A stretch of 64,000 nucleotides of DNA. Source: Squalus acanthias. Taxonomy: Eukaryota. Positions 48,930 to 63,074 of this stretch are shown piece after piece. Location of the stretch: positions 86,864,001 through 86,928,000 of the forward strand of contig CM059432.1 in the NCBI GenBank assembly GCA_030390025.1, given 5' to 3'. The notes below the pieces were generated by a model that searched no databases, was not told the DNA's origin, and was given only the letters and a program-made list of their open reading frames with translations. Position numbers and translations under genes: made by a program. Numbering within the stretch: position 1 is the stretch's first letter; the number at the start of each line of letters is the position of its first letter.

Positions 48930-50043
48930 TGCAACAAAGAACTTACAGCACATCCTCAGGACATCCCAAAGCACTTCACAGCCAATGAATTATTTTTGAA
49001 GTGTAGCCACTGCTGTGATTTAGGAAAATGCGGCAGTTAATTCGTGTTGGATAATTCCTTTACCCTTTTAAACAGATTCGTACAACTAGAGACAGTAATA
49101 TGTTTGATAATTCACTAGATTTATTATTGACAAAACACTAATCTTAAAACACCCTAACCAACCATACTAAGTAACGCACATTAGCCTTACGTCTAATCAT
49201 TCATGTGCGTGGATTTAATGAGGGCTCGTGAAGATGGCTTCTCCAAGCCTGTTCACGCCACAGGGTCTCAAAGGCAGCAACTGCCTTTCGTTCTTTCTTT
49301 CCATCTAACTAAGTTAAAACATGACATCTTTGTAATACCATTTTCTTTCATGGTTCTTTTCCTGCTGGATGCAACACTATCTGATGTTTTATCACCACCC
49401 AGTTGCTCAAACCAATTGCCAGACAGAAATGAGAGGTCCCATGCCTTTTCACACCATACTGTTACTTCCTATCATTGTTTTCCCAAGCCATAGCTTTGTT
49501 GTAAACAACCTTTGATGTTCTTCTCATAGCAGCACATTACCTTTTATATTGCCTGCCCTGATATAATGAAAAGCCTGTGCTTCAAAAGCTTCATCTTATC
49601 AACATCATTGAGGGGAAAAGACAGGCTTTTTGATTACAGAATTTAAACCAATTCTGTCTACATTACTGTTTTGTCTTTATTAGAAACAAAAGTAATGTAA
49701 AAACATATCGATAGTCTTACAATTTGTGCACAGCCAGGTCCCACAAACAGCAATGGGATAAATGACCAGATAATTTGTTTTAGTGGTGTTGGTTGAGGGA
49801 TAAATGTTGGCCAGGACATTTCCCCTGCTCTTCTTTGAATAGTTCCATAGGATTTTTTTATGCCCATCTTGCAGGCAGATGGTTTAATATCTCATCCAAA
49901 GGACAGCACCTCCAACAGGGCAGCTGTCCTTCACTACTGAAGTGTCATCTCAGATGATGTACTCAAGTATCTGAGGTGGGGCTGGAACCCACAATCTTCT
50001 GACTCAAAGGCAAGAATACTACCACTGAGTAAAAGCTGACACT
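48930..50043 (-). mobile_element. SacSINE1/Deu-type SINE split by a solo LTR
   Basis: 48930-49044 and 49722-50043 join into a copy of the 16985-17457 family. Confidence 0.75.
49045..49721 (-). mobile_element. Solo LTR (677 bp)
   Basis: TG...CA ends, 5-bp TSD ATTCG/ATTTG and an AATAAA on the minus strand near 49120. It interrupts a SINE exactly. Confidence 0.7.
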
Positions 50044-50860
50044 AATAAATGAGAGAAATACAAATAAATGTCAGAGTAAAAATATTTACAATTATAAAAA
50101 TTACATGAGTTGATTAAAACACATTTCAATGACTAAAACAAAAAATCTATACAGCACATGGGGGTGAATTTTCTCACTGCTTCCGATGTACCTTCTGAGT
50201 AGAAATGGTGTAGGAAATTTTTTTAGCGAGGAAATTTGGGTGGAAGCCATTTCCACTCAGTTTTCACTTTGAAAAGGCTTCCTCTAAGTTTCCTTGCAAG
50301 TCTGCAATACTCCACGATTTGCCCACTGAGTCGCCACCAGCCCTTTCCATATGTGAAAGTGAGGTCCAGCAGCAAAGCAGATCAGAGTTTCCTTGGTTGG
50401 GACTGCTGATGTTACAATGAGTTCTATGAGGCATAGCAGCTGCCAGGATCAGGTGATCAAGGCACAAGTGAGAAGTTCCTGATATAGAAGAGACAGGAGA
50501 TCTTTGAATACAGATTTCTGCAGGTGGGAAATTATTTTTAAAGCTTTTTTTTTTGCCATTTTGCCTGCAGACACCCGCACTTGTCTCTGACTGTTACTCA
50601 CAGCGTCAAACCGCTGGCAGATTTTAGGACCCCCTCCCCCCCAAACCAGCTCCCCACACTGAGGGCTTCTCATAAGCAAGTATGGCACTCCTTATGGGCA
50701 AACTCTTGTATGCCATTATCATAGAGGGGGAGCCGCACCACGGAATAGAGGAAAAGACATTCAGGCAGCATTTACTGCAAAAGGCATCCTTTGAAACAAG
50801 AGCCTTACCTCCTTCTTCCCCATTTTCAAATTAAGGAAATTACACTCAAACCACCACCAT

Positions 50861-53800
50861 TGTAATGTATTATGATGTATTCATATATTATCATAATGTA
50901 TGCAGTTACTATGCACATGGATGTGTAAGAGCATGCGCAGTGCACCCTTGCATAATAAACACACACATGAACTGCAACTCATCGTGTCGTTGCCCCTCAT
51001 TTGTTCTACCCAAATATACTACATTTTTGACGACAACAATGGGATCCCAAAGCCATTTTTAGGGATCATTGAAGGACACAATGTTCAACCTTCGAGAGGA
51101 CAAGTTTAAGGTGAAGTTGTGACACATAAACTGAATTTTTGTGATGTTTTACCGTTAATGCTCCTGCAGAATCATCTGTGCTTCACCTTCGTATGTCTGT
51201 ACACAGCAAAAGCAGTGTTGATTCGCACACGCACACAGGTAGTGTGCGGAGTCATTGTTCGATGGGATCGGGACAATCATGGCCACACCTATGGGATTCA
51301 TCGGAAGTCTCGGCATGTATGACCGAGCTCAGGAACCATTCAGTTCTTACATTGAGCGGATGGAGATTTTTTTAGGGCCAATAACATTATTGAGACCAAA
51401 GGTGCAGTTGAGAATGTTTAAGCTCAAAATAAAGCAAATTGTGAACGGAAAAAAGCAATTTTTCTATTGGAGATCAGGCTAGATGTCTACGGAATGTTGA
51501 CAAACCTACTCGCGCCCGAGAAAGTGAAGGATGCATCGTTTAAAGACATTGTCACAAAACTCAAGGACCATTTCGACCCAAAGCCGTTAGAAATAGCAGA
51601 GAGCTATAAGATTGGTACCAGAAATCAAAAACAAAGTGAAACCATAAGTGAGTACATTGTAGCTCTTAAGAAACTGCCTTTGTATTGTAACTTCGGCACA
51701 TTTTTGGATTGTGCGTTGCGAGATAAGTTTGTGTGTGAACTGGTGGATGAGTGCACACAGTCCAAGTTACTGAACACTCCTAACCTAACGTTTGACATAG
51801 CATGCAAAATTGCCCTATCTATGGAGATGGCATCTGAAAGCTGGGGAACTCCGTACAACTCAAGTGACTAGTGTGCAGCTGAGGTCTACAGTCACAAAGC
51901 CACCGCCAAACCTAAAGCTATGAGACCGAGTCAAAAACATGTCAGTGAGAGCAGTTCAATTAATTGTTATCACTGCAATGGAAACCACTCACCACAGTCC
52001 TGACAATACAGAAATGCAAAGTGTTTTAACTGCCAGAAGAAAGGCCATATTTCAGCAGCTTGCAGAGCTAGATCTAAAACAGGAAGTAAGAACCATTCTA
52101 GTGGCAATGCAAAGCAGTGACAACAAAAGGAAGGAGTTCACAACCTTGACCTGAACACACCTGATGCTGAAGAACTAGGCATCAGTATCTATGCCACTAG
52201 TGGCAACGCTAGCAGTCGTGAGAAAGACTTCCATACAAAACTTTTGATCAACGAGCAATATATTGATATGTGTATCGCTACAGCGGCGGACTGCTCTATA
52301 ATGAGTAAGGACACATATGAGAGTAAGTTTAATCAAGTACCACTTACAAAGAGTACCATAGAGTTAAAAACTTACTCCGGAGAATGTACAGTTCAACACA
52401 ATGGCCAGTCAGTAAAGCTGTAGTGACAGGTCAACCCGCATGGGCAAAGACTGGTTGAGAAGGTTAAAACTAGACTGGAAAAACGTCTTCAGTGTAGATG
52501 CTTCAAAGAAGCGACTCAACACAATGTTGAACAAGTATGAAAGCATGTTCACAGACAGTTCTGATGGCATCATTGGGTATGACGCCCATATCCGCATCAA
52601 GTCCAATGCAAAGCCTGTCTATTATAAGGCAAGGCCGGTCCCCTATGCGTTGAAAAGTCAGGTGGAGGAAGAGCTAGTGAAGCTCAGAGAGACTGGAGTG
52701 CTAGTAAAAACTGACAAAAGTGAATTGGCTACCCCGATTGTGGTAGTGCCCAAAGCAGACAAAACTGTACGCTTGTGCAGTGACTACAAAGTTACTATCA
52801 ACCAAGCAGTTGATGACGAGCAGTACCCGTTACTTACATTGCAAGATTTGTATGCAGCACTCTGGGGTCAAAGGTCTTCTCCAAGCTTGACCTGTCGCAA
52901 GCTTATGCTCAGCTGAATGTTGACAAAGAGAGTCAACAATATCTCACCATCAACACACACAAGGGACTGTACTCATACACCAAGCTGCCGAATGGTGTAA
53001 AGTCCTCCCCCAAAATCTTCCAGGCTAAGATGGATAAGATTTTGCAAGGAGATCCTAATTGCTTATGCAACCAAGACGATGTGCTCATCGCAACAAGCAG
53101 TGAGGAAGAAAATCTAGAAGTGTTAGATATAGTGCTTCAAAGGTTGAATTCCCACAATGTCAAATTGAAAAGGAGTAAATCTGCTTTTGTGCAGCCCAAG
53201 GTTGCATACCTTGGTCTGATAGTTGATGCAAATGGCTTGCAACCAGTGAAGGAAAAGGTTGATGCTGTCATCGATGCTCCAAAGCCACAGAACGTGTCCG
53301 AGTTAAAATCTTTCCTTGGAATGGTCCAGTACTACGCACGTTTCTTACCTGAGTTAGCGACCATGTTAGCTCCATTGCACGAGCTCCTCAAGAAGGATGT
53401 CCAATGGAAGTGGATGATAGCGCAACAAGAAGCTTACAACGCTTATAAGAGAAGTCTCTCTAGCGATGCTCTACTTGTGCACTACAACACAGAGCGTGAG
53501 CTTAAGTTAGCGTGTGATGCTTCTAGCTATGGTGTGGGAGCTGTCATAAGCCACATAATGGATGATGGCCAAGAGAAACCAATCGTGGTCGCGAAAAGAA
53601 CGAAAGAAACTACGCGCAAATTGAAAAGGAAGCACTCGCCATAGTGTTTGGAATCAAGAAATTGCAACAGTTCCTGATTGGCAGAAAGTTTACCCTGGTA
53701 ACTGATCACAAACTGCTCCTAGCAATGTTGGGCTCAAATCTGCCATCCCTGCAATGGCCGCATCGAGAATGCAACGTTGAGCAGTGTTGTTTTCACACTA

Positions 53801-55236
53801 TGACTACACGATTGAATATCGCACTTCAAAGCAAAACGCAATCGCAGATGCCTTGTCCAGGTTGCCACATGAGGATTCGTGTTGGGAGTGAAGGTGTGAT
53901 CTTCACGCTAGGTGCAGTTGACAAAGACTTTCCTCTGACTGCAACTGAGATTGCAGATGAGACTCAAAAGGACTCAGTACTGAAAAGATTGTATGAAAAC
54001 ACCTTGAATGGATGGACTGATCAGTGTATGGAGACAGAATTGAAACCATTCTATAGCCGTCGGACTGAATTGTTTTGTGAGCAAGGTTGTACTAAGTGGG
54101 GAAACAGAGTGGTGGTACTTACTTCTTTGAGAGATAGAATTCTGGCCGAACTTCATACTGAACATCCAGGGGTTGTCAGTGTGAAATCAATTGCAAGAAG
54201 CTTTGTTTACTGGCCTGGATTGGACAGTGATCTTGAATCACTTGTCAGCAAATGCAGCGTTTGCCAAAATTGCAGAAACAAACCACCTAAAACTCCATTA
54301 CAACCCTAGTCATGGCCAAGTAGACCTTTTCAGAGAGTACATGTAGACTTCTGTGAGAAAGCAAATGATGAATTTCTGGTACTTGTAGATAGTCACTCAA
54401 AGTGGATTGAAATGAAACACATGGGTTCAAATACTACAACTGAACGTACCAAAGATGTTCTTATAAAGGGAATTAAGGGTTACGGGGAGCGGGCAGGAAT
54501 TTGGACATGAGTCTAGGTTCGGATCGGTCATGGCCCTGTGGGTAGCATAGCGGGCCCAGGGGCCGTGTAGCCTGATCCTGCTCCTATTTCGTGTGTCCAA
54601 TTCTGTTAGGTTCAGGAGATGGTTCTCTGATAGTAGATTGGCGGTTAGGATCAGATCAGCCATGATCTTATTGAATGGCGGAGCAGGCTCGAGGGGCCAA
54701 TTGGCCTACTCCTGCTCCTATTTCTTATGTCTTATGTTCTTAGATGAGTTGAGGTCTATCTTTGCATGTCACAGCTTACCTGAAGAGCTTGTTTCTGACA
54801 AAGGCCCTCAGTTTCGTTCTACGCTGTTCCAATAATTCATGAAATGGAATGGTATCAAACACACTCTTGTTCCACCATATCATCCAGCTTCAAACGGAGC
54901 AGCCAAAAGGTCAGTCAGAATAGCGAAAGAAGCTCTCAAAAAGCAAGTGTTGCAGGGTTGTTTTGGACTCAGCATGAAGCAATGTTTGGCAAATTTCTCA
55001 TTGAAGTACAGAACTACTCCGCACACTACAACTTTACATAACCCAGGAGAACTCTTGATGAAGAGGAGACTGAGAACATGATTGAGTCTTCTTCAACTGA
55101 ATTTGGCCCCAAGAGTTGAACAAAAACAGTTGAGTCAGAAACATCATTATTTGGTTGAAATTGGTGACAAAATCCAAAGTGTTCATGTAGATCAAATGAT
55201 CTCTGCAAGAGATGAACGAAGACATGATTGTGAACC
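50861..55236 (+). mobile_element. Gypsy (Mag-like) LTR retrotransposon, decayed and 3'-truncated: 5' LTR 50861-51023, PBS 51028-51045, gag-PR-RT-RH-IN
   Basis: TGTAAT...ACTACA LTR and a PBS matching the tRNA-Ser(GCT) 3' end at 14/18 as recalled. Gag starts MATPMGFIG..YIERME and has two CCHC-like knuckles. RT has TPIVVVPK and NQDDVLI, RH has LACDASSYGVGAV, and IN has HPG..C..C and PPYHPASNG. Many stops and frameshifts. Confidence 0.92.
54458..54741 (+). mobile_element. Tandem CR1-type 3' tails inserted into the Gypsy integrase
   Basis: AGATG is duplicated at 54453-54457 and 54742-54746. Removing the insert restores TERT-DELRSIFA. Confidence 0.8.
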
Positions 55237-55444
55237 GCTTGATCATCCAGGCAAGTGTTGATAATTCCATCACACTCCTAACTTGTGCCTTATAGGTGGT
55301 GGAAACATCATTATGACACCAATAAGAAAGAACAGTTTCAAACGAAACAAGTGCGTTCATGTTCTCAGTTCCCCAGGCAAGTCGAGTTCACACAAGTGGG
55401 ATGTAGGAACCATAGTAAAAATGAACGAAGACATGATTGTGAAC

Positions 55445-57020
55445 TGCTTGATCATCCAGGCAAGTGGTGATAATTCCATCACACTCCTAACTTGTGCCTT
55501 ATAGGTGGTGGAAAGGCTTTGGGGAGTCAGGAGGTGAATCACTCACCACAGAATACACAGCCTCTGACCTGCTCCAGTAGCCACAGTATTTATGTGGCTG
55601 GTCCAGTTAACTTTCTGGTCAATGGTGACCCCCAGCATATTGATGGTGGGCGATTTGACAATGGTAATGCCATTGAATGTCAAGGGGAAATGATTAAACT
55701 CTCTCTTGTTGGAGTTGGTCATTGCATGGCACTTGTGTGGTGCGAATGATACTTGCCACTTATCAGCCCAAGCCTGGATGTTGTCCAGGTTTTGTTGCAT
55801 GCGGGCACACGCTGCTTCATTATCTGAGGAATTGTGAATGGAACTCAACACTGTGCAGTCATCAGCGAACATCTCCATTTCTGACCCTATGATGGAGGGA
55901 ATGTCATGATGAAGCATCTGAAGATGGTTCAGCCTAGGATGCTACCCTGAGGAACTCCTGCAGCGATGTCCTGTGGCTGAGATGATTGGCCTCCAACAAC
56001 CACAACCATCTTCTTTTGTGCTAGGTATGGTTCCAGCCAGTGAAGAGTTTTCCCCCTGATTCCCATTGACTTCAATTTTACTAGGGCTCCTTGATGCCAC
56101 ACTCAGACAAATGCTGCCTTGATGTCAAGGGCAGTCATTCTCACCTCACCTCTGGAATTCAGCTCTTTGTCCAAGTTTGACCAAGGCCGTAATGAGGTCT
56201 GGATCCAAGTGGTCCTGGCGGAATCCAAACTGAGCATCGGCGAGCAGATTATTGGTGAGTAAGTGTCGCTTGATAGCACTGTCGGTGACACCTTCCAAGA
56301 CTTTGCCTATGACTGAGAGTAGACTGATGGGGCGGTAATTGGCCGGATTGGATTTGTCCTGCTTTTTGTGGACAGGACATACCTGGGCACTTTTCCACAT
56401 TGTTGGGTATATGGCAGTGTTGTAGCTGTACTGGAACAGCTTGGCTAGAAGCACGGCTAGTTCTGGAGCACAATTCTTCAGCACGACAGCCGGGATATTG
56501 TCAGGGCCCATAGTATTTGCTGTAGCCAGTGCACTCAGCCACTTCTTGATATCACCTGGAGTGAATCGAATTGGTTGAAGACTGGCTTCTGTTATGGTGG
56601 GGACCTCAGGGGGAGGCCAAATGGATCATCCACTCAGCACTTCTGGCTGAAGATGGTTGGGGATGTTCATGAAGCCTCTTCCTCTCATTTTTTCTTTAAT
56701 TGTCCACCATCATTTACGACTGGATATGGCAGGACTGCAGAGCTTTGATCTGATCCGTTGGTTGTGGGATTGCTTAGCTCTGTCTATAGCATGCTGCTTC
56801 CACTGTTTAGCATACATGTAGTCCTGTATTGTAGCTTCACCAGGTTGGCACCTCATTTTCAGGTACGCCTGGTGCTGCTCCTGCCATGCTCTTCTACACT
56901 CCTCTTGAACCAGTGTTCATCGCCTGGATTGATGGTAGTGGTAAAGGGAGGGATGTGCCGAGCCATGTGTTTACAGATTGTGGCGGAATACAATTCTGCT
57001 GCTGCTGAAGGCCCACAGCG
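55445..57020 (-). mobile_element. Family-B LINE
   Basis: GPDNIPAVVLKNCAPEL, ANYRPISLLS, ALDIKAAF and FADDCTV motifs. Confidence 0.87.
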
Positions 57021-57380
57021 CCTATATTCCCTAGAGTTTAGAAGAATCAGAGGTGATCTCATTGAAACGTCTAAAATTCTTAAGGGGCTTGACAGGGTAG
57101 ATGGTGAGAGGATGTTTCCCCTGGCTGGGGAGTCTCGAACTCGGGGGTCACAGTCTCAGAATAAGGGGTCGGCCATTTAGGACTGAGATGAGGAGAAATT
57201 TCTTCACTCAAAGGGTTGTGAATCTTTGGTATTCTCTACGCCAGAGGGCTGTGGATGCTTAGTCATTGAGTATATTCATCATCAAACAAACAACATGTAA
57301 TAGATCTTTGGATACTAAGGGAACCAAGGGATATGGGGATAGTGCGGGAAGGTGGAGTTAAGGTAGAAGATCAGTCGTGA
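57021..57380 (+). mobile_element. CR1 LINE 3' fragment
   Basis: LYSLEFRRIRGDLIE...ERMFPLAGESRTRG. Confidence 0.85.
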
Positions 57381-59739
57381 TCATCCCCTAATCATTTTGC
57401 GGTCGGCCAATGCTGTTTTGAGGACTCCCTCCATTTCGCTCCCAGGAACCGATCACTCATCGTTGGCTTCCAGGTTGGGCCTGCAAATTTCTGCGGTTCT
57501 TGGCTTGGCTTTCGGACTTTGGACTAGGTAAATCAGCATTCCCCTGTTCCCAGCTCGGTTCCTGACCTGCCAAATTGGCCAAATCTTGAGTTTGACCCCT
57601 CCCCCCCGCCTCAATCAACCAATTCTAGCTATGCCACTGCGTCTTCTGCTTTTACATCTCCATAGGCATGTTGAGTTGTACTTTTATACAGAACTCTACA
57701 GGCAGCAAACACAAGGGACTTCCATATGTCCACGGCAGAATCATAGACCCATACTTCTCTAGGTCTATAATGCTGTTGGGATAAGTGAGTTAGGCTTATT
57801 TATAATATGACCTGCAACCAATAGCTTGTGCCATTTGATCACTGGATTCCCATAGATTGATCAAAATACTTCCTTAAATTACTTAAGGAATTAAAATTTT
57901 TAAGTGTCCAAAATAAGGATTTAAAGAAAATAATAAATATATATATCATAATCACATGATGAAATTTGTCCACTGAATTGAGTTTTGTGTGTTTTAATGT
58001 CTTCATAAAAGTCTTTTTTGAAGGCTTAAGCCTCTTCCCAAAGCCTGGGCTTAGACCTCGTTCTTTTACCCAGAGATGTGACTCTGTGAGCTGAATTTAG
58101 ATTGTTCAATATGAGCATATGCAATGGTTTTGTGAGAAAGTCAGAGACAATTAGTCAAACAGAGACAGAGACAAAAAGTGAGAGACAAGGGAGCACTGAA
58201 ATTCCTACCCATTTGTGGAATGGAGAGTGCACAATCTGGGCAGGGGAGGAATTTGGGGTTGAATCTGTTTCTGCCAGGTATCTGCCCCTTTCTGCCAATG
58301 TTCAAAAATTGTGACAAGAGGAGGAGCATTTTCTGCCCAGCTCCTCCCCCACTGTGATATCATTGCAAGAGGCGGGACTGATGGAGTGACATTCACTGCC
58401 AGAAATCCTGTCAGTTCCACCTAATGTACAGCCGATGTACAAAATACTGCCATGATGCAGATGTACTTACTATACCGTGGACCCATAATACCACATCTTA
58501 ATTGCAATCAATCTCAGAGAGATCGACTGCCATTAGATAGTCGTATCTCAACATTGGATGTGGGCAGGATCAAAAATGTCTTCTTTGACCAGTCTTTTCC
58601 CCCAATCGGAGTGGCAATGTGACATTCTGGAGCCCCCTCCAATAAGCATTGTAAATGGCATGTGCACCCTTTTTATGTTATGGCTAGTCCCTGGGACAGT
58701 GGCAGCACTGGGGCATACTGTTGGGTAGAAGTCCACTGCGTTGCATTTCTGGTAGTGCAGCAGCTTGCAGAGAATTCCCATGCCTGGAGCTTCATCACCA
58801 TTTTATTTTGTTATAATTTAAAAACAATTATTCTTCATAAAGTTAGAATTTAAAAATAATGATTGCTAATAGAATTAGATGAGTAATGAGAGAAAAAAGA
58901 ATAGAAAGATATGCTGAGATGAGGTAGATAGAATGGGAGGAGATGCGTGGGGAGTATAAACACCAGCAGAGGCTAGTTGGGCCGAATGATCTGTTTCTGT
59001 ATTATATATTCTATATAATTCTAAAATTATTTTTCTCAATGTCTTTCGCATGCTGTAATATGATTTATGAGGCTTTTTTTCAACCAAATGGAATTTAATT
59101 CTGAAAGCTTTTTCGGCAAATATTTCACAAGAACAAAGGCTAATTATGGGCAGTTGTGCTCCATTTACACTTTCAAATTGAAAACATTTTAATCAATGCA
59201 TCTCAGCTAGCTATTTGTTTATCAAGCTGCAGTGGCTAAGAGAAAACAAGTGAAGAGAATATTGGAAGTATTTTGAACAAAAATGTTTCAGATGAAAATT
59301 AATATAAACCTCCACTGCAATGCTGCCAAAAGCCCAGGAAAGCCTCTCACTGCTAACAAAGCCCAGTGCCCTTCACCTAGAGTTGCTAAAACCCGAGATC
59401 CCCTTGAGATTGGTACATTGGTACATGTTGCCTACAATTTATTTGTGTATCCTGGGCTTTAAAAAAGGTCAGAGATAAGATTGAGTACATGTGTAAAGGA
59501 ACATATGATAATAATCAAGGCTACTGATTTACGGTTTTCATGGAAAAATGGATAAACCCACAGAATTTTATCTTGAAAATGCCAGCAAAAATCCTAAATA
59601 TGAGGTGATAAAAATGCAATTTGACTTATTCTATTACTGTAAACCAGAGGCACTGATAATAGTGTGTTACATAACATGCTAGTATAATACAGTATACCTT
59701 GGTGACTGACTGTGAGCAATCAATGGTGATTTTTTTTGT

Positions 59740-61720
59740 TTTTTATTCATTCACAGGATGTGGGTGTCGCTGGCAAGGCCAGCATTTATTGCCCATCCCT
59801 AATCCAGTTAAGTTTCTAGGCAATTGTGACCCCCAGGATATTTATGGTGGGGGTATTCGATGATGGTAATGTCAATGAATGTCAAGGAGAGGTGATTAGA
59901 CTCTCTCTTGTTGGAGATAGTCATTGCCTGGCACTTGCGTGATGCGAACGTTACTTGCCACTTTTCAGCCCAAGCCTGAACGCTGTCCAGGTCTTGCTGC
60001 ATGTGGCACGGAGTGCTTCATTATCTGAGGAGTTGTGAATGGAACTGAACACTGTGCAAACAGCAGCAAACAGCCCCACTTCTGACCTTATGATGGAGGG
60101 AAGGTCATTGAAGAAACAGCTGAAGATGGTTGGGCCTTGGACACTGCCTTGAGGAACTCCTGCAACAATATTCAGGGACTGAGATGATTGGCCTCCAACA
60201 ACCACAACCATCTTCCTTTGTGCTAGGTATGGCTCCAGCCAGTGGAGAGTTTTCCCTGATTCCCATTGACTTCAATTTTACTAGGGCTCCTTGATGCCAC
60301 ACTCGGTCAAATGCTGCCTTGAAATTGGTGACAAAATCCAAAGTGTTCATGTAGATTAAATGATCTCTGCGAGAGATGAACGAAGAGATGATTGTGAACT
60401 ACTTGATCATCCAGGCAAGTGGTGATAATTCCATCACACTCCTAACTTGTGCCTTTTAGGTGGTGGAAAGGCTTTGGGGAGTCAGGAGGTGAGTCATTCA
60501 CCACAGAATACCCAGCCTCTGACCTGCTCTAGTAGCCACAGTATTTATGTGGCTGGTCCAGTTAACTTTCTGGTCAATGGTGACCCCCAGCATATTGATG
60601 GTGGGCGATTTGACAATGGTAATGCCATTGAATGTCAAGGGGAAGTGATTAGACTCTCGCTTGTTGCAGTTGGTCATTGCATGGCACTTGTGTGGTGCGA
60701 ATGATACTTGCCACTTCTCAGGCCAAGCCTGGATGGTGTCCAGGTTTTGTTGCATGCGGGCACACGCTGCTTCATTATCTGAGGAATTGTGAATGGAACT
60801 CAACACTGTGCAGTCATCAGCGAACATCCCCACTCCTGACCCTATGATGGAGGAAATGTCATGATTAAGCAGCTGAAGATGGTTGGGCCTAGGATGCTAC
60901 CCTGAGGAATTCCTGCAGTGATGTCCTGTGGCTGAGATGATTGGCCTCCAACAACCATCTTCCTTTGTGCTAGGTATGACTCCAGCCAGTGGAGAGTTTT
61001 CCCCCTGATTCCCATTGACTTCAGTTTTACTGGGGCTCCTTGATGCCACACTCGGTCAAATGCTGCCTTGATGTCAAGGGCAGTCACTCTCACCTCACCT
61101 CTGGAATTCAGCTCTCTTGTCCATGTTTGGAGCAAGGTTGTAATGAGGTCTGGAGCCGAGTGGTCCTGGCGAAACCAAAAATGAGCATCAGTGAGCAGGT
61201 TATTGATGCGTAAGTGCTGCCTGATAGCACTGTTGACGACACCTTCCATCACTTTGCTGATAATTGAGAGCAGACTGATGAGGTGGTAATTGGCCAGATT
61301 GGATTTGTCGTCCTTTTTGTGGACAGGACATACCAGGGATAAGCCTGGTGCTGCTCCTGGCATGCTCTTCTACACTCCTCACTGAACCAGGCTTGATTGG
61401 AATGGTAGAGTGAGGGATATGGAAGGCCATGAGGTTACAGATTGCAGTGGAATATAATTCTGCTGCTGATGGCCCACTGCGCCTCATGAATGCCCTGTTT
61501 TAAGCTGCTAGATCTGTTCGGAATCTATCCCATTTAGCACGGTGGTAGTGCCACAAAACACTTCATCTCCACAGGGACTGTGCGGTGGTCACTGCTACCA
61601 ATACTGTCATGGACAGATGCATCTGTGACAGGTAGATTGGTGAGGATGAGGTCAAGTAGGTTTTTCCCTCGTGTTGGTTCTCTCAGCACCTTTACAAGCC
61701 CAGACTGGCAGCTATGTCCT
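59740..61720 (-). mobile_element. Family-B LINE copies, joined through a duplicated Gypsy fragment at 60321-60398
   Basis: GVPQGSVQGP, KAAFDRVWHQG and FADDCTV motifs. 60321-60398 matches Gypsy 55157-55236. Confidence 0.85.
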
Positions 61721-63074
61721 TCAATAGTATATACAAAAATCTTTCAATCTACATCCATTTTACCTTAATTAATATTTAAGAAGCATTACTTTCATTCCTA
61801 AAGCTCTAGAATTATATCAAACCTTTTTTTATATACGATGGATTAGGAATTCCACCTCTGCGCTTCCTAACCCATGATTGTCTGCTCATGCACTTTAAAA
61901 AGGGACAAGTCACAAGCTGGCAAGTGCAGAAGTGGCATTTCTACTGCTATATATTTAATCTAATTTCTCCATTCATTTGCAATTCCATTTCTCGATACAG
62001 TTTCATCTATTTTTCATTTTCTTTTTAGCATCATTCAATTTATTCCAAACAGTATCAAAAATATACCAGCACAGCTCAATAATATATTCTGCATCACATT
62101 CTTATAAAACTGCGTATCCTGTGACTTACTATAATTAATGCAATGGGAGATCCCCCTGTTATATATATTTTGAGTCTGTCACACTTCTAAAAAAATCATA
62201 GTTTAAAGTGTTACACATTGCATAAAAATGAATTAAAATGTACATAAATCGGAATAAAGCCATTCATTTATGGTTGCTTCTTCTGAACTTCAGCATGAGC
62301 CAAACATTTACAAGCACCTGCTAATCTACAGAGAAATAATTATCTTTTAATTGACCTCACGATATACCTATTAGGCCTTGTGCCTTGAAGGGACAGACCA
62401 GGCTACACACAGCTTCAGTATAGCAGCGGGATAATATATTATGTGTTACACGGTATAACCCTTCTGTCATTGTAAAACAGTCTGCCATCCAACTTGCCAT
62501 GAGAAATGCCATGGCGGATCTGCTGGTATGGTATAAAAGCACTTTTAATGATACCACAGTATCACTGGCATTAAAACAGCAGAGATCAATCAGCTAGCTC
62601 AGCACAGATCAGGTATCAAATCTGGAATCTTCCTGGTCCGTACGGCTGAGTATCACTTCCAGCATTGCATTTAACCACTGAGAACAATTATATTCTAACC
62701 CTTTATATAATTTTTTTTTTTTTTTTTTACAAAAAGCAAGCTTCTTCCCTTTCAGTTGATTCACAAGCACAAACCAAAGTGACTGATGAGGTGTGGATCA
62801 CACTATATTTTCCTCATTAATGTTCCCCCATGTATGGCATTGTGCAGGTGGGTAAAGCTGGTAATGAAGTGCTGTAAGTGCCATAAATGAAAGTAAGCTT
62901 TCATGTTAAATATCTGCAAATACCAATGTTGCTTAGTGTTGAAACTGCACAAATAAAACCATATGAAAATTTGCTCAGTGTACCCAAAAGGTACAATGCA
63001 ATTATTTAACTTTGGAAAATGCCTTTTTATTAAGTCATCACTTTTTCCATTTTCTCAGCAGAGGTGTACTGTAT

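Noticed and set aside
57600..63070. 3' exons of the expected neighbouring gene (ELOC, by recalled human synteny)
   Set aside because: I found no ELOC-like coding sequence on either strand.
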